From the human T2T-CHM13v2.0 reference genome, Homo sapiens: a DNA stretch of 64,000 nt. Positions 61,400-64,000 of this stretch are shown here, piece by piece (position 1 is the stretch's first letter; every line of letters starts with the position of its first letter). A program made the position numbers and the translations under genes. Below the pieces are notes generated by a model. It did no database searches. It was not told the DNA's origin and worked only from the letters and a program-made list of their open reading frames with translations. The stretch lies in assembly GCF_009914755.1 (NCBI RefSeq), contig NC_060933.1; one strand, given 5' to 3'.

Positions 61400-62590
61400 A
61401 TGCGTTTATCTTTCCATTTGACCTTTCAGCAGTATATGGCACAGTTGAATACTTCCTCTTTCTTTATAACTTTCCTTGGCTTCCCCTACACAAAATTCTT
61501 GAATTTTATCCAATCTCTATTGCTATTATTTCTTAGTTATTTTGAAGATCTTCTTTCTTTGATGGATTTTTTATTTGTTTCTATTTTACACCCTTTACAA
61601 ACAAAAACTGGGCAATGTTGTCCCTTCCCATGGCTTCAATTGCTATCTAAAAGTTAATGTTTCCCAAGCTTTTACTTAGAGTGTGTTGTCTCTCCTGAAC
61701 ATTAGCCTAGACCCACAAATTCCACTGATTATTTGATATCTTAACTTGGATATTTGTCTGGTCACTGAAAAGTCAACATGTTTAGAATATTTTCTCTAAT
61801 CTCTTCTTCCTCTTATGCTTTTATCAAAAACCATCACCTTTCCTTCTTTGAAACTGGCATCCAAAATGTCACCAACTCCCTTTAGTACTATCTCTAACAT
61901 TACTCAGTTTCAACCACTTTCCTCCATCTCCGTCTTCAGTATGCCAAGTCATACCCTGAATGTCATCACTCACCTGAATGACCAGACTAGTCTCCTAGCT
62001 GGCTAGTTTCCCTAATGCTGCTCATGATTCTCTACAATTTATTCTCAACCTGGAAAGCTGAGTGAACTTACTGAAAGACAAACCTAATTTACTCTCTTCA
62101 TGATTAAAACCTTCTCTCATAAGTTAAAATTCATCTTCTTAACATGACTTAAAATCTGGCCCTTCTAGTTTGCATCTTTCTCTGCCATCCGCAATAGCAA
62201 TTGTCTGAATGTATTATATTACAGTACCTTGCATCTCAAAATGTGTGTGTGTGTTTTCTTGAACATTTGTTTTCTTTTTACCTAGATAGATGCTGTATGT
62301 GCTTCAAATCTGTTTCTATGTTAAAGTTTCAGAAATTCTTCATGGATTATCCCGCCACCCTCACCTTCATGAAGTTGGGTTTGTGTGTCCTTGCAATGAT
62401 TCTCCATAGCAGTCTCTACTCTTAGCACAGTATATTATAGTTTCTGTATTTGTCTTTGTACCGTACCAAACAGTATTATCTAAGAGAGCAAGGAATAGGC
62501 CTGAATCGTTGAATATTTTACCCCCGGCACAATACTGGCACATGATCAATACTTACCCGTTATTTGTTTAATGAAACAAAATTAAATGAA
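61400..62590 (+). mobile_element. L2 remnant (ORF2 3' part and 3' end)
   Basis: ttgacctttcagcagtatatggcacagttga...ccatggcttcaattgctatct...ggcacaatactggcacatga...tttgtttaatgaa. Confidence 0.7.
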
Positions 62591-63470
62591 ATTAATTATT
62601 AATTCAAATACAGAATGATTAACAGAATCATGCTAACATTGAGATGTCTTTCCATTTTTGTAATGTTGAATAACATTTCTTTTGGCATAGAGAGTTACTA
62701 AAAAGTGTCAAACTCAATTGTTGAATTTTAAAATCTAAAACTCTTGAATCACATTTGTGTTTTTTTTTCTTTAACCTATCTCTTTCTCTCATGTTTATTA
62801 AGTCTGTGATTTTTCCAAGTATGTTAGTTGGAAGGTATAAAATAATCTCTTATGTCTGTTTTTATCCCTAGCAAATTTTTATACTCAGTGATCCCTAAGG
62901 GAGAGTTCCTAGTGTATAGAAATTATGTTAACCTGGACTGCCATTTTGTTCTTTTAATTCCAGATGAAGTGTGGCTCTCAAATTTCCCACAGAAAGAGAA
63001 GAGAAAGAAAATATGAGAGATGAAGGAAATGGACTAGAAGCAGTAGTAAGAGAGTTTAGCGACACAATTTAGATGATGATGTGCTATGACATTCTTCCTT
63101 CTCCTGTGTTTCTTGACCCTCTGTAATCCATAAACCTATACCCATATCAGTAGTGACTCTGTTCATGCTGAAATTTAGACTTCCCACATGGCCTAGGGCA
63201 GTAGCTTGCAAAGTGGTTCACAGAGTGACCGTGGCAGGTATGTGTAATTTTTAAGAGTTTCCTGAAGAGTCCTGATTTGTAGCCACTTTTGGGCACCATT
63301 GACCATACAGTCTCTTCTCTGCATACTGCAGACTAAATTTCTGAGCCCCAGTTGAGAAATGTCTGAAATTTTTTGCACAGGTCACTTAGTCTGTACAGTT
63401 TTGGAATTATAAGTTTATATAACTCTCAATCTATAGAAAAGAGAATTCTATATCTAAAAATCTATATAGA

Positions 63471-63520
63471 AAATTCAACTAAATATCACAAACTTAAATT
63501 CAACTAAATATCACAAACTT
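63471..63520. repeat. Perfect 25-bp tandem duplication
   Basis: aaattcaactaaatatcacaaactt x2. Confidence 0.95.
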
Positions 63521-64000
63521 TATAAGGGATGTTCTATAGGATTTGCGATCTTTTTATTGGTGTGGCAGTATATATATATCTACCTGTCTTATTTTTTCTA
63601 GTATATACAAACTACTTTAATATGAGGTGTACTATCTTGTTCTTTTTGTATCCCAATATATAGCAGAATTCATGGCACACAGTAGATACCCAACCAAAAT
63701 GACTTTTAAATAAAAGGATTAATAATTTTTCTATTCATGTTCTTATCCTGCTTCATACAAGGCTCTTTACCTATATTATGCCATTTGGGCCTTCAAGCTC
63801 ATCTGAAAAATATATACTAAGTCATCACTGCTAGTACAGGGCTTTCCACATTAATCACTCACTCTTATGAAATTTTGCAATGTTCTCTTTACCAAAGTTA
63901 TTTAAGTGTATGTCCATATATCCCATAAATTTTAAAATCTCAAGGGTAGTAATGTGTCTTTGAACCCCCAAAGCACAACCCCTCTTTAATAGGACAGATT

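Noticed and set aside
62940-63050. Strong-looking splice acceptor (ttttgttcttttaattccag) before a purine-rich stretch
   Set aside because: All three frames stop within ~60 nt and the donor is weak; a non-coding exon cannot be supported without RNA data.

Overview
Primate genomic DNA, most likely human or great ape given AluY and L1PA5. It is AT-rich and made mostly of transposable elements. I find no supportable host protein-coding exon, RNA gene or CpG island, and every sizeable ORF in the track is a decayed LINE-1, Alu or LTR frame. Main architecture: (i) 1.5-12.7 kb, an old L1MA-type element with a 3'-broken antisense L1PA13-16-type element nested inside it; (ii) a MER4A solo LTR carrying an AluY; (iii) 14.75-21.46 kb, a two-LTR minus-strand non-coding ERV1/MER4-group provirus with a tRNA-Ser PBS, a PPT and an internal tRNA-Glu+CCA relic; (iv) 27.08-33.89 kb, an essentially full-length L1PA7 inserted by twin priming, leaving its 5'UTR in the middle of the element; (v) an MLT2A LTR with an Alu; (vi) a TSD-flanked 'mini-L1' with both ends but no middle; (vii) an old L1M containing L1PA15/16 containing THE1; (viii) 48.48-53.23 kb, an L1PA5 with a 16-bp TSD and a deletion starting right after the RT FADD motif; (ix) mostly unique AT-rich DNA with Alu, THE1B, MLT1, L2 and MIR pieces. 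I cannot support a new biological system here. The most interesting signals are structural: retrotransposition and DNA-repair scars, and a possible chimeric transcription unit. Subfamily names come from recalled consensus sequences and need RepeatMasker/Dfam confirmation.
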